From assembly GCA_965216875.1 (NCBI GenBank), contig OZ244207.1, positions 1,696,001 to 1,760,000 on the forward strand: a stretch of DNA of 64,000 nucleotides. Reading direction: 5' to 3'. Each line of letters starts with the position of its first letter. The stretch's first letter is position 1. A model generated the notes under the pieces. That model saw nothing but the letters and a program-made list of their open reading frames with translations, was not told the DNA's origin and did not search any database. This DNA comes from Rubripirellula sp. Lineage in GTDB: Bacteria; Planctomycetota; Planctomycetia; Pirellulales; Pirellulaceae. The translations under genes were made by a program, and so were the position numbers. Below are positions 29,743-40,018 of this stretch, piece after piece.

Positions 29743-31146
29743 CTACGGCTGCAGGCAGTGCCGATTCGCCATGCTGATGCCGCTGACGATCGCACCGACG
29801 ATTCCCACGAAACCTTGATCGGTTCCGCAGAGGAATACGTTCGGTAGGTGCGTCGTCCCATCGAGTTGCTTGTCGGGCGCACCGTAGACCGCACCGTTGT
29901 CATGCCAGGTGAACCGGCGAATGGTTTTTGGCGTGAAGACATCGGTGTCGATCACGTATTGCCGAAAGTCTGGCATAAAACGCACAGCAGATTCGACCGC
30001 ATCGTCATACTCGACGACCTTGGCGGCGCGATACTTTTCCTCTTCGAGGTCGCACCAGCGATCGTGATTGGCAAGCGTCGTGATCCGTACGACTCCGTCG
30101 GGCAAGTCGCCATCTTCGGGATCATAAACGTAGTTGTTGGGCGAACAGATGACGCCGGTTCGAGCATCACAGAGTGATTCGTCCGGACGTTCCCAATGGA
30201 ACTTCTCGCTATCGTTGTAAAAGACGATCGTGCGATCGAACCCGAAATCGCTTGGCTTGCGGTCGAGAACGGAGATCGATTCGATGAACGAGAGTTGGCC
30301 TGCACGAGCGACATCGACTTCGGTGATGTCGTCACACATTCGCATCGTTTCGACATTACCAGCGGACGACAAAATGCGAGCTCCTTCGAGCTCCGTTCCG
30401 TCGTCGAGCACAACGCCGGTGGCTCGGCCATCTTCGACGTGGATCTTTGCAACACCACTGCGCAATTTCAACTCGCCGCCGAGACCGCGGAACTTGCGAA
30501 CCAAGTTCTTCAGGATCACTCGCACGCCTTTGAATGGGCGACCGAATCCTTCCAGGTAACAGGCGCGGAACATGATGCAGAACTGGCCGAAGTCCATGTC
30601 GTTCTGGCGAGCGTTTCCGTACCACATCAGCGGACAGATCAACATCTCGATCAGCAGCGGATCGCTCAGGTGTTCCGCCATGACTTCGCGCGCCGAACGC
30701 ATGAAGCTCGGGTCGTCACCATCCATGTCGGTGTAATCCAACAGCGATGCACAGAGCGAACGAAAACCATCGATTTGGTCTGGGAAGTGGCTGGCGATTT
30801 CACTTTCAAGCAACTTGATGTCGTTGGTGAAGTCGAGCGTCACATCGGGAAACCGAATGGACGAACCAACCTGCTCGGCCAAGTTGAAGTCTTCCCAGCG
30901 AAATCGGAGCTGGCGAATCAGCTTGGCCAGTGGACCCTTCTTGGTACCTTTGCGGGCGAAGTTGGTCATCGCATGCAAACCAACGTCGTAGTCACGACCG
31001 CCCATCCGATAAAACGAATTGAGTCCGCCGATCGTGTAGTGCTTTTCCAGAATGCAGACACGCTGGTCGAAGTGGGCCAAGCGAATGCCTGCAGCCAGTC
31101 CGCTCATCCCCGCACCGATAATGATCGTGTCGTAACGAGCGGTCAT
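29743..31146 (-). CDS. Phytoene-desaturase-family FAD-dependent oxidoreductase
   Basis: IIGAGMSGL, EKHYTIGG, TPKTIRRF...GAVYG and C-terminal G..GAIVSG. Confidence 0.88.
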   Translation of the reverse strand: MTARYDTIIIGAGMSGLAAGIRLAHFDQRVCILEKHYTIGGLNSFYRMGGRDYDVGLHAMTNFARKGTKKGPLAKLIRQLRFRWEDFNLAEQVGSSIRFPDVTLDFTNDIKLLESEIASHFPDQIDGFRSLCASLLDYTDMDGDDPSFMRSAREVMAEHLSDPLLIEMLICPLMWYGNARQNDMDFGQFCIMFRACYLEGFGRPFKGVRVILKNLVRKFRGLGGELKLRSGVAKIHVEDGRATGVVLDDGTELEGARILSSAGNVETMRMCDDITEVDVARAGQLSFIESISVLDRKPSDFGFDRTIVFYNDSEKFHWERPDESLCDARTGVICSPNNYVYDPEDGDLPDGVVRITTLANHDRWCDLEEEKYRAAKVVEYDDAVESAVRFMPDFRQYVIDTDVFTPKTIRRFTWHDNGAVYGAPDKQLDGTTHLPNVFLCGTDQGFVGIVGAIVSGISMANRHCLQP

Positions 31147-31296
31147 GACTGGCTAATGAATCGGGCCGACTGTTCGACGCGAGGTCTCAGTCAACGCCCT
31201 AGGAACTCTTTGGTACGAAGCGAATTGCAAACAGGATAGTTCGCTTCGCCCTATGGTAAATGCCGCGGTGACCTTTCGATCCAAAGCGGCCTTGGC

Positions 31297-31548
31297 CTAA
31301 AGGTCCTTCATTTTGGGTTCCAGGTACGTGACCGTGGAACTCATGCTGGCGAGGTTGGGGTAGTCTTCCTCGGGGATCTGGACTCGGTGACGCTTACGAA
31401 GTTCCATCACGATGTCCAAGAAATCCATGCTATCCAGTTCCAACTGGTCGCGGAACGCCTTGTCATCGTCGAGATTGTCGAGATCCTCGTCGGGCGAGAT
31501 GTCCTCGAGGATATCCTTGATTTCGTCTCGAATTTCAGCAGGCGTCAT
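31297..31548 (-). CDS. Acyl carrier protein
   Basis: Acidic protein of about 83 aa with the LELDSMD phosphopantetheine site. Confidence 0.95.
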   Translation of the reverse strand: MTPAEIRDEIKDILEDISPDEDLDNLDDDKAFRDQLELDSMDFLDIVMELRKRHRVQIPEEDYPNLASMSSTVTYLEPKMKDL

Positions 31549-31646
31549 TGATTCCGTCACTCCGTGATTTTGATTTCGCCAACGACGTGGCGATGTGGAT
31601 TGTGTTGTATTGGTATTCGGGTTTTTTTGCTTCGTTTGGCGAGCGA

Positions 31647-32906
31647 TTAGACGCGGCCGATGATCACGACCGAGTTGATTCCGAGCATGCCAAACGAGTT
31701 GTTCAGGATGTAGTCGACCGACTTTTCTTCACGCGGCTCATTGAGGACAAGTCCGGGAAGTTCACACTCGGGATCGAGCTGATCGACGTTGATCGTAGGG
31801 TGAACCACGCGATCGCGGAAGGACTGTAGGTTGCCGGCCAGTTCCAGCGAACCTGCTGCACCCATCGCGTGGCCGATGTAGCTTTTCGTGTTGTTGATTC
31901 GCACGTTGGTGCATTCGCCAAAGACACGACGCAGTGCCGTGCATTCTTGAGCGTCGCCACTTGAGGTGCCAGTCGCGTGCGTGCTGACGATGTCAATCTG
32001 GTCGGGCTCAAGCCCTGCGCGTCCGAGCGCCATTTGCACGCACTCGGCTTGGCGGTCGGGGTTGGGCAAAACAAAATCGGTCGCGTCGGTGTTCATCGCG
32101 TATCCGACAAGTTCGCCGTAGATCTCGGCACCACGAGCTTTCGCATCGCTCAAGCGTTCAAGCGTGTAAAGGCAACCGCCTTCAGCAACAACAATGCCGT
32201 TGCGAGAAACGTCGAACGGGCGTGATGCTTGGGTTGGGTCATCGTGTGTCGCGAGCGCGTTTTGACTGTTGAAACTCGCGAAGATTCCAAAGGTGTGAAT
32301 GCTTTCGCTTGTTCCACCTGCGATCGCCAAGTCACATTCGCCCAGTCGCAGCATCTGTGCACCCTGGATGATGCCGGCGTTTCCGGCGGCACAAGCAGCG
32401 CCGATTGTGTAGTGCGGCCCAGTGATCCCAAGGTTGAGTGCAATTTCGCCCGCAGGGTTGTTGGCGACCGTTCTTGGATTGTGGTGATGCGACCAACAGC
32501 TTGTGTCGTAGTCAAAGCCTTTGATCACATAGATCTCGTTTTCGGTTTCGACGTTGCCATGTTCGGTAACGCCGACATAGATACCCACGCGCGACTTGTC
32601 GGTGTTCTCCAGGTCGATGCCGCTATGTTTGATCGCTTCGTTGGCGGTGTAGACGCCGACACTGCCTGCGCGAGTCCCTCGGCGGACCTCTTTCTTCTTC
32701 TGGTATCGCGTGGTGTCGAAATCACAGACACCAGCGAGGGTTTTGCCGAAGTAGCGGATTTCGTAAGGCTGAACGCCACTCTTCTTTTCCAACAGCGCCG
32801 TGCGGAATGAGTCCCAATCGTTTCCGTTGGGAGCGGTCAGGCCGATGCCGGTGATGACAATTCGCTGGTCATCGGGCAACGCAGAAGCACGGTTTGGGGC
32901 AATCAC
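31647..32906 (-). CDS. Beta-ketoacyl-ACP synthase (FabF-like) with intact Cys-His-His
   Basis: AACAAG, STHATGT, KSYIGH and NNSFGMLG. Confidence 0.93.
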   Translation of the reverse strand: MIAPNRASALPDDQRIVITGIGLTAPNGNDWDSFRTALLEKKSGVQPYEIRYFGKTLAGVCDFDTTRYQKKKEVRRGTRAGSVGVYTANEAIKHSGIDLENTDKSRVGIYVGVTEHGNVETENEIYVIKGFDYDTSCWSHHHNPRTVANNPAGEIALNLGITGPHYTIGAACAAGNAGIIQGAQMLRLGECDLAIAGGTSESIHTFGIFASFNSQNALATHDDPTQASRPFDVSRNGIVVAEGGCLYTLERLSDAKARGAEIYGELVGYAMNTDATDFVLPNPDRQAECVQMALGRAGLEPDQIDIVSTHATGTSSGDAQECTALRRVFGECTNVRINNTKSYIGHAMGAAGSLELAGNLQSFRDRVVHPTINVDQLDPECELPGLVLNEPREEKSVDYILNNSFGMLGINSVVIIGRV

Positions 32907-33158
32907 GTCGGAGTTTCGGGCGTGAGAGTCACGAAAAAAACGGCTGAGTCACCCTCGCCGCACAAACGAAGTTTCGAGCCCGATCCCCGGGTCCGAAACA
33001 GCCCCAAAAGCTAACAATTCAGCTCGAAACTGACAACGCCCTAGCAGGGCAAGTTTTGACGGCAGCATCGCCACCCTCCCGCTTGTGGGAGGGGAGGCCT
33101 CGAATCTCCCAAAGAGGCTATGCAGAATTCGAGAAAACGCCCAGGTCTTGGTAAGCAT

Positions 33159-33217
33159 GCCGGATCAGCGTTGCTGTCGCTCCTTGATCCGGCCTACGGC
33201 TCCCCGATCCGGCCTAC
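33159..33217 (-). repeat. Family H REP plus a partial copy that overlaps the SDR stop codon
   Basis: Reverse complement of 5502-5540, with a second GATCCGGCCTAC at 33206-33217. Confidence 0.85.
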
Positions 33218-34224
33218 GAGGCTCCTCGGTCCTGCCAGCTGCGACGGAGTGATTCGAGCCCCTCGTCCATCGAGATTCGAATCCGGTAACCCAGTCGAGA
33301 CTTGGCCGCGGAGATGTCGAAATAGTGATCGCGGGCCAGCTGAGCGGCGACGAATCGCGTCATTGGGGGCTCTATTTGCTGGCCTGTGATCCGATAGCCC
33401 CACTCGAGAATGGCACCGATTCGATAAGCCGCGTTGTAGCTGATCGACTTAGCTGGCGGCGTGACCGAGCCTATTTCGCAGACCTGGCGAATCCAATCCC
33501 AACAATTGACCGGCTCGTCTTGGGCGATGAAGTAGGCTCGCCCCCCAGCTTCCTGCGGTCGATCCAACAGGGCATCGAGGGCGTCCAAGTGGGCTCCCGC
33601 TGCATTGATGACATGCACGGTGTCCACTTTGTTGGATCCGTCACCAACAATCCGCAATCTCCCGGACCGAGCGCGATCGAGCAGACGAGGCAAGATGTGC
33701 GGGTCGTCATCGCCCCAAATCAGATGGGGCCGAAGGGCGAGCGTGTGCAACTTGCCGGGAACGTGATGCTTCAGGATGGCCTGTTCGGCGAGCGCCTTGG
33801 TGTGCGGGTAGTGGCACATCCACTGGTTCGGGTAGGGCTCGCTTTCGTCGACGCCGCTTTGATCGGCGCCGCTGAAGGTCACGCTCGGGCTGCTGGTGAA
33901 CACCAACGTTTGGATCCCGGCCGACTCAGTTCCCTCGATCACGTATTCGGTGGCAAGCGTGTTGGTCGCAAAAAAGTGTTCCCATTTTCCCCAGACGCCA
34001 GCAACCGCCGCGGTATGAATGACCGCATCGACGTTTGCCTTGGCAATCGCCGCGATGGTCGAGCCGCGATCGGTCAGATCGACCTGCTGGTGCTCCATCC
34101 CCAATTCCCGCAGCTTGGGGTACTGGCCGCGCGAGAGCCCGACGACCGAATCGCCGCGATCGATCAACTGGCGAACAATCTCGCTTCCTAGGAAACCGCC
34201 ACATCCAGTCACCAGCACACGCAT
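33214..34224 (-). CDS. Extended SDR, 3-beta-HSD/epimerase family (OleD-like)
   Basis: VTGCGGFLG, TSSPSV, YPHTK (YxxxK) and LRPHLIWG. Start at MRVLVTG. Confidence 0.88.
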   Translation of the reverse strand: MRVLVTGCGGFLGSEIVRQLIDRGDSVVGLSRGQYPKLRELGMEHQQVDLTDRGSTIAAIAKANVDAVIHTAAVAGVWGKWEHFFATNTLATEYVIEGTESAGIQTLVFTSSPSVTFSGADQSGVDESEPYPNQWMCHYPHTKALAEQAILKHHVPGKLHTLALRPHLIWGDDDPHILPRLLDRARSGRLRIVGDGSNKVDTVHVINAAGAHLDALDALLDRPQEAGGRAYFIAQDEPVNCWDWIRQVCEIGSVTPPAKSISYNAAYRIGAILEWGYRITGQQIEPPMTRFVAAQLARDHYFDISAAKSRLGYRIRISMDEGLESLRRSWQDRGAS

Positions 34225-34402
34225 TGATTGAGACTTCTTTCGCCTTGGGGCACAGAAAACGAGTTGAGAATCACTGGGCGCGTGCGTTGTAAAATATTGG
34301 ACGCGTCTTCGGAATCCTACTCGATCTGGCTGCCTTGAGATGACAAGCAATCCTCTGTGCCGAAGTTTCCCCCGACCGTTGGTCCACGGGCTGGCCAAAC
34401 CG

Positions 34403-36244
34403 ATGGTCCACGCGATGGCCAGCTTGTTGATCCTCTTGGCATCAGCTGGGACGACTTTGGGACAGGGCGATTCGCCGGCTAAACCATTGAAGGCCAAGGA
34501 GTCAAAGGCGCAAACATGGACGGTCGATCGCCTGCGAACGGAGGTCGAGGCATCGATCAAGCGGTTCGAGACCGTGTCGCTCGAAGCAACCTACACCCAT
34601 GTGCGGAATGTCAATCGCTTCAGCGGGAAAGAGCCCTTGCTCATGAATGCTGCTGGTTCCGTTGTCTATCGCGGAGATGGCGAACGATGGTACATGCGCG
34701 ACGATGGATACAGCTTCCGCGCTGGCATCGCGAAACCGACGCCTTCGGTTTCCATCACGGGCAATACGGGCAAGCTTCATTACACGGGCAACCAACGCAA
34801 ACTCACTCTGGCCGAGAAGGGGTCGCGTCGACGAGGCCGGCCCCGCAGCATTTTCTGGGAACCGATTCTGACCTACACCTATCTCGAGACGGCGTTGTCG
34901 CAAGACGATGCTGAGATCACTTTTGTTGGCCAGGACGATGGTGTCTCGGTGGTGGAACTGACTTCGGCATGGGGCAGTGATGACAACCGTTGGAGTTTGG
35001 TCGTTCGTTTTGACATCGAACGCTCGCTCATGCCGCTCACACAAAAGCTCGACTACAACGGCAAACTCTATGCCGACAGCAAGGCGTCGCAGTTTGCCCG
35101 CGACGCACTTACGGGACTCGCGTACCCGTCAATCGTCGAAACCAAGTATCACCAAGAGGCACTTGGGATCGTTGAGCAGACATTTGCGATCGCGAAACTC
35201 GAGTTACCCGAAAGCCATAAAGCCGAAGCCTTTGACTACCAAGCGCGTCTTGGTGCAGACATTGTCGACCGGCGCAGCAACCTTGCCTGGCATGAAGATC
35301 CGTGGTGGGAAACGATGATGCCTTGGCTCATCAAAGAACTCGGGTTTCCGCGATACAGCTACCAGTACCTAAAAGGTTTTAGCAGCACGGGCGATGTCTC
35401 CATCGACGGCCAGGATGCTCCGCCCATCGAAGCGAGTGGTTGGCTTGGCCAGCCGCGGGAAGGTTGGGATCGTCCGGGGCGGAGGTTTAGCGTGTTGTTC
35501 TTTTGGGGCGACGCCAGTTACATCGGCACTCCGGGCAACTATTGGATCACCGAACTGGGGCAACTCCATTCGTTGATCGAGCCGTTCGGGGGCGAAGTGA
35601 TTGGGATCGCCAGCCACCGAACCAGCGCGGATGCACTTCGAAAAACCGCCGACGAATTGATGATTCAGATTCCGTTTGCGATCGACGTCAAGGACGACGA
35701 CTACGGTATGACGCATTCAGCGTACAAACTCAACCACTACTACAGCGTGCTTGTGGTCGACGATGCGGGCAAAGTGTTGGTGCTAGACAAGAACGACCAG
35801 CAACCGCTTCTGTCAGCGATCGGCAAAGTGCTTCCAAAGGACGAAATGGAAGCACTTTTGAGTGTGATCCACACCGACCCAGCGATGACGCGCGCCGAAC
35901 ATGATGCGATTCAATCGCACTGGATCAAGAAACGCAAGGCAACCCAAGGCGCCTCGCGTATCGAAGGAAATGTTGGCAAGCCGGGCGCAACACTGACCCT
36001 GCGCCCGCAAATGAAAATGCTGATCGCGACCACACCAGGTGCCTATATGCTGTTCTATGATCGGCAAGGCGTCATTCGCTTGCAGGCGGATGAAGTCACG
36101 GGCGATTATTCGTTTGATGACCTACCACGCGGTTTGTACGAGTTGAGTGTTCGTGTCCCAACTGGCGAGAAAGACCAGACGTCGATCACGATTCCGGATG
36201 ACGAAACGGTTCATGTCCATTCCTTTTGGCCAGCGAAAGATTGA
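34403..36244 (+). CDS. Secreted hypothetical protein with a redoxin-like fold and a C-terminal beta-sandwich
   Basis: Signal-like N-terminus, APPIEASGWL...VLFFWG...IPFAID...VVDDAGKV, and GDYSFDDLPRGLYELSV. Start uncertain. Confidence 0.65.
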   Translation: MVHAMASLLILLASAGTTLGQGDSPAKPLKAKESKAQTWTVDRLRTEVEASIKRFETVSLEATYTHVRNVNRFSGKEPLLMNAAGSVVYRGDGERWYMRDDGYSFRAGIAKPTPSVSITGNTGKLHYTGNQRKLTLAEKGSRRRGRPRSIFWEPILTYTYLETALSQDDAEITFVGQDDGVSVVELTSAWGSDDNRWSLVVRFDIERSLMPLTQKLDYNGKLYADSKASQFARDALTGLAYPSIVETKYHQEALGIVEQTFAIAKLELPESHKAEAFDYQARLGADIVDRRSNLAWHEDPWWETMMPWLIKELGFPRYSYQYLKGFSSTGDVSIDGQDAPPIEASGWLGQPREGWDRPGRRFSVLFFWGDASYIGTPGNYWITELGQLHSLIEPFGGEVIGIASHRTSADALRKTADELMIQIPFAIDVKDDDYGMTHSAYKLNHYYSVLVVDDAGKVLVLDKNDQQPLLSAIGKVLPKDEMEALLSVIHTDPAMTRAEHDAIQSHWIKKRKATQGASRIEGNVGKPGATLTLRPQMKMLIATTPGAYMLFYDRQGVIRLQADEVTGDYSFDDLPRGLYELSVRVPTGEKDQTSITIPDDETVHVHSFWPAKD

Positions 36245-36395
36245 TCGAGAATCAATTCGATTTTCGTTTGCCCAGCGCGTTGACACTTAGTCGTGTCCTC
36301 AAAACTTGTCGGGTTTCTCTTGACCTATCTTCGATAAACAACTAGTTGTGGAATTCAGGCACTCACAAACCTTCCTATAGACTCGAGAGAAGGAT

Positions 36396-36935
36396 ATGGA
36401 GCCTGAAGAGCAAGAACAGGACACCGCCAAGACCTCCGCCTTGGGACGCTTTCTGAGTGGAATCAGCGAGTGTGTCTTCCATTCCAAACTTGGCGTGGCG
36501 GACGTGCAGATGGTCGACTACCTCAGCGACATGCTGGTTCGCTTTACGCGCGTTGAATCTCTGCACCGTGTCCGCAAATCCAATGGGCGACCTGTGACCG
36601 AGGTTTTCCAAATGCTCTCGGAAGCTGAGCAGCGGATTGGTTTGGCTCGGCGCGAAGTTCATCGTCACATCGGCGACTTCACTCTCTTTTGGTCGGGCAT
36701 GTATCCCGAAAGTTTGCGGCGAGCACGGTCGTTGGCCCCGTTCGAAACGTATTGTCAGCAGGGCAAGCGAGCCTATGCGATTGCGGCCGAGATCGAAGGA
36801 GGAGCGGATCGTCCGCCTTGCGAGCTTCTGCAGCGGTTGAGCGCCGAGTTTGAAATGTGCGCCTACGGCCTTCGAGAAGTCCGCCGAGAATGGGAAGAGA
36901 ACGAAGGCGACAATCAGGGATTGTTGCTGTCGTGA
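36396..36935 (+). CDS. Hypothetical protein
   Basis: Clean ORF with AAGGA RBS and an RHIGDFTLFWSGMYPESL segment. Confidence 0.75.
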   Translation: MEPEEQEQDTAKTSALGRFLSGISECVFHSKLGVADVQMVDYLSDMLVRFTRVESLHRVRKSNGRPVTEVFQMLSEAEQRIGLARREVHRHIGDFTLFWSGMYPESLRRARSLAPFETYCQQGKRAYAIAAEIEGGADRPPCELLQRLSAEFEMCAYGLREVRREWEENEGDNQGLLLS

Positions 36936-37041
36936 ACTAGGTACCGCCCGTAGGCCGGATCAAGGAGCGACAGCGACGCAGATCCGGCGCTGGCATCTTA
37001 TGGGCACTAATCCTCTGCCCGGCCGCTTACGCAATCACGGC

Positions 37042-38352
37042 TCACTTGAAGAGCTGGAATCGAACTGCAGAGGCTTGGCCTTGCGGCGTGACGTTTGCCG
37101 AAATGAAGCTGTCGCCTGCTGCGACGCCACTCTCGAGAACTGCGTTGATCGGGCACTGCGGGTCGAGAGAATCGCAGTTGCGAATGGCAAATAGGTCTCC
37201 GCCAAGCGCCTTCAAACTCGCAACCGCTTCGACCATGCCGCTGCCGGCACTGAGGTTGCCGAAGTGCCCCTTTGCGGTGGTGACTGGGGGTTGGTCGGCG
37301 GGAGCGCCGAAGACATCGGCAATCGCTTGGGCTTCGTATTTGTCGCAGTCTTGCGTCGCCAAGCCATGAGCGTGAATGTGCCCGATCGACTTTGGATCGG
37401 CGTCGCCCAGCGCCTTTCGCAGGACGTTTGCAAAGGCCGTCTTCAGGAAGTCTTCGCCAGCCAGTGGGCCGACAGCGCTGGTTCCGGATCCGACAAGTTC
37501 GGCGAGGATCGTTGCGCCGCGCGCCTCGGCGTGCTCAAGCGTTTCGCAAACCAACGCTGCAGCGCCTTCGGAAACGGTGCTGCCGTCCCGATCGCTGTTG
37601 AACGGGCGGCTCATCGTTGTTGGGTCATCACGATCGGCAGCCAGGTCTTCCTGCATCACCGTGTGCGTGGTGCGAAGCGTGTGAATCCGCGAACCGGTTG
37701 ATCCAACCACCAGGGCGTCGGCGTGACCGCGACTGATCGTCGAATAGGCTTCGGCAAGCGCTGCGCCAGCCGAGGCTTCACGAACGGTGATCGAATTGTT
37801 CGGGCCACGCAGGTCGTTGTAGATTGCGATGTGACTTGCCGGCATGTTGGGCAAGTATTTCAGCAGCCAAAGCGGGTTGACTTCCGGACGCCCGGTCCCG
37901 CCCCATTTTTCGAAAACGAAGTCGCCGTTTTCGTCGAGGCATTTGCCGATTCCGGCCGCGAACTCTTCCGGCAGCGACATGATGTAGTCACAGCCATAGA
38001 CGACACCCGTGCGATCTCGATTGCGGGCTTCTTCGGTCAGACCAGCGTCGTTCATTGCCAGTTGCGCGACGGCGACACCCATTTCAATTTCGCGGCACAT
38101 CACCTTGCTTCCCTTGCGAATCGTGCGTTGCAAGGGTTTTTCAAGGGGACCGTAATCGGAAATGTGGCCAGTGAAATCGACCGCTTCACCGCCAGCTTTG
38201 ATGGGCAGGGTTTCGCTGTTGACTCGCGTCAGTGGCCGAATGCCACTTTCGCCGGCTCGCAGTTTCTCGAGCATGCTGTCTGGGTCGTTCCCTAAAGGGC
38301 TAACGACGCCCACTCCGGTAACGACAACACGACGCGACGAAGAATTATCCAT
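37042..38352 (-). CDS. Beta-ketoacyl synthase-like protein with a substituted active site
   Basis: RRVVVTGVGVVSPLG, LPNMPASHI and SRPF. The catalytic Cys position reads TVREAS and the second His position reads KGHFGN. Confidence 0.88.
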   Translation of the reverse strand: MDNSSSRRVVVTGVGVVSPLGNDPDSMLEKLRAGESGIRPLTRVNSETLPIKAGGEAVDFTGHISDYGPLEKPLQRTIRKGSKVMCREIEMGVAVAQLAMNDAGLTEEARNRDRTGVVYGCDYIMSLPEEFAAGIGKCLDENGDFVFEKWGGTGRPEVNPLWLLKYLPNMPASHIAIYNDLRGPNNSITVREASAGAALAEAYSTISRGHADALVVGSTGSRIHTLRTTHTVMQEDLAADRDDPTTMSRPFNSDRDGSTVSEGAAALVCETLEHAEARGATILAELVGSGTSAVGPLAGEDFLKTAFANVLRKALGDADPKSIGHIHAHGLATQDCDKYEAQAIADVFGAPADQPPVTTAKGHFGNLSAGSGMVEAVASLKALGGDLFAIRNCDSLDPQCPINAVLESGVAAGDSFISANVTPQGQASAVRFQLFK

Positions 38353-38697
38353 GAACTGTTGGGCCAGGAATGATGCGAATCAGGAAATCAGCGAGCCAAA
38401 AGGGAGGGCGTGGCTCGACGGCTGGCCAGAAATCTCAACCTAAACCGGCCGGTTTGCCAAGGTGACCTCGGCAATTGAATCGGCATTCTATCGGGGGCTC
38501 GCCCTGTTTTTCAGGGGGGATGTGGGAATCTGAAGTTCGGCACGGGGAGCGATGGTCCGCTTTTGACACCCAGATGCCGTCATGCCATCGCACGAGGGGG
38601 AAAGCAACCACTACCGAGCGAAATTCAGTTTCAGTAGCGGCCGCGACTCAGGGCTGATGGCACCACGGTTCCGCGTTAGGATTCCCCGCGGCACACA

Positions 38698-39927
38698 TTA
38701 GTAGCGCCCGCGACTAGGAGCGCTGCTGGTTCCAGCTGCGACCTGCGGCGGTACTGAACGGGTGGCAAGGTTCTGCGAGGCACGGCCGCGGTATTCGATG
38801 AACATCAGCGCGTCGGCTCGACCCGCTGTCGTCCCGGTCAACATGCTCATGTTCAAAAGTGGCACGGCTTCTTGTGGACGCTCGGGGCTTGCAACAACGC
38901 CGCACGACAAGACAAGCACCATGTCGGACGGCCATCGAAAGCGTTCGTGTAGACGCCAGCTGACCACCTGGGGCACATCGATTTGAGTGCGATGGATCTG
39001 TTGATTGGGCAGAGGCAATTCGAGCGTCACGTGGTTCAGTTTGTCGACTTGATCGATTTCGGCTTTGATCACGCAATCGATCGCCGAGCGATCAACGCTA
39101 AGCAGCGGGCTGATCGACAATTTGTAGCCTTCGTGGATCTCGCCCGTTTCAGGTTCGTACGGTGGCCATCCAGTTGGTGCCGGTCGGACGTTGCGAACGT
39201 AGTTGCGTCCGCGCGTGCTAGCCAGTTGTTCGGTTTGTCCGTTGTGAAGAACCAAGTTGACATCTTGGATTTGTCGAGCATCGGTGCGTTGACGCAGCAT
39301 GTTCAACACGATCGCTGCGTTCTCTTTGCTGAGCAGCCATGCTTGCACGCCGGGCGAATCGACCGGTACGTGTTGCATCAACATATGGGCGCGACTGCGC
39401 CAGTTTGGGCTGCCAACCGTCATCACGCGCAAGTTCATCACTTGCGGGTCTTTTTCGCCAGCAACGAATCGGTCAACCACGCCAGCGACCAGTTCATGCA
39501 TCTCACGAGTGTGGTAGACCGACAGTGAAGAACCATTGGCGTTCATGAACCCGAAGGGCTCGCCAAACCAAACGTCACTACCTGTTTCGCGAAGAATCCA
39601 ATCGATGATCGCCTGTTCTGGATGATCGTGCTTGGTCAGGTACCCGGTGTAGGGTGTCAGGTCGTAAACCCGATGCTCTTGACCGGCGGTTCGTGGGAGT
39701 TTGCCGCCACCGGTGACTTGGCCGGAGTTGACCGGCGGTGTCGATGGATTACTGCGCAGACTTGGAGGCACCGGTGCGGCCGGGGCACCACCAATGTTGG
39801 TGACGGCGGTATTGGCCTGACTCGGCAATCCGCCCGACGGTAACGCCATGCCCTGAGCCAGCAGCGACTGGCTGACACAGGTTGAAAGCAAAAGGGTTGT
39901 GGCAACGACGAACAAACGACAAGGCAT
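38698..39927 (-). CDS. Secreted hypothetical protein
   Basis: Signal peptide, Pro-rich linker and globular remainder. Confidence 0.7.
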   Translation of the reverse strand: MPCRLFVVATTLLLSTCVSQSLLAQGMALPSGGLPSQANTAVTNIGGAPAAPVPPSLRSNPSTPPVNSGQVTGGGKLPRTAGQEHRVYDLTPYTGYLTKHDHPEQAIIDWILRETGSDVWFGEPFGFMNANGSSLSVYHTREMHELVAGVVDRFVAGEKDPQVMNLRVMTVGSPNWRSRAHMLMQHVPVDSPGVQAWLLSKENAAIVLNMLRQRTDARQIQDVNLVLHNGQTEQLASTRGRNYVRNVRPAPTGWPPYEPETGEIHEGYKLSISPLLSVDRSAIDCVIKAEIDQVDKLNHVTLELPLPNQQIHRTQIDVPQVVSWRLHERFRWPSDMVLVLSCGVVASPERPQEAVPLLNMSMLTGTTAGRADALMFIEYRGRASQNLATRSVPPQVAAGTSSAPSRGRY

Positions 39928-40018
39928 CGCAAGGCTTCCTGGCGAAGAGTGTGAAAGATCTAAATGGGGCTATACCGGCTTTTTCACTCATCAAGCAAGG
40001 GGAATCTGCCGAGCCCGC

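Noticed and set aside
29743..31146. crtI carotenoid gene
   Set aside because: Only family-level similarity. The context is ACP and ketosynthase genes with no crtB or crtE.
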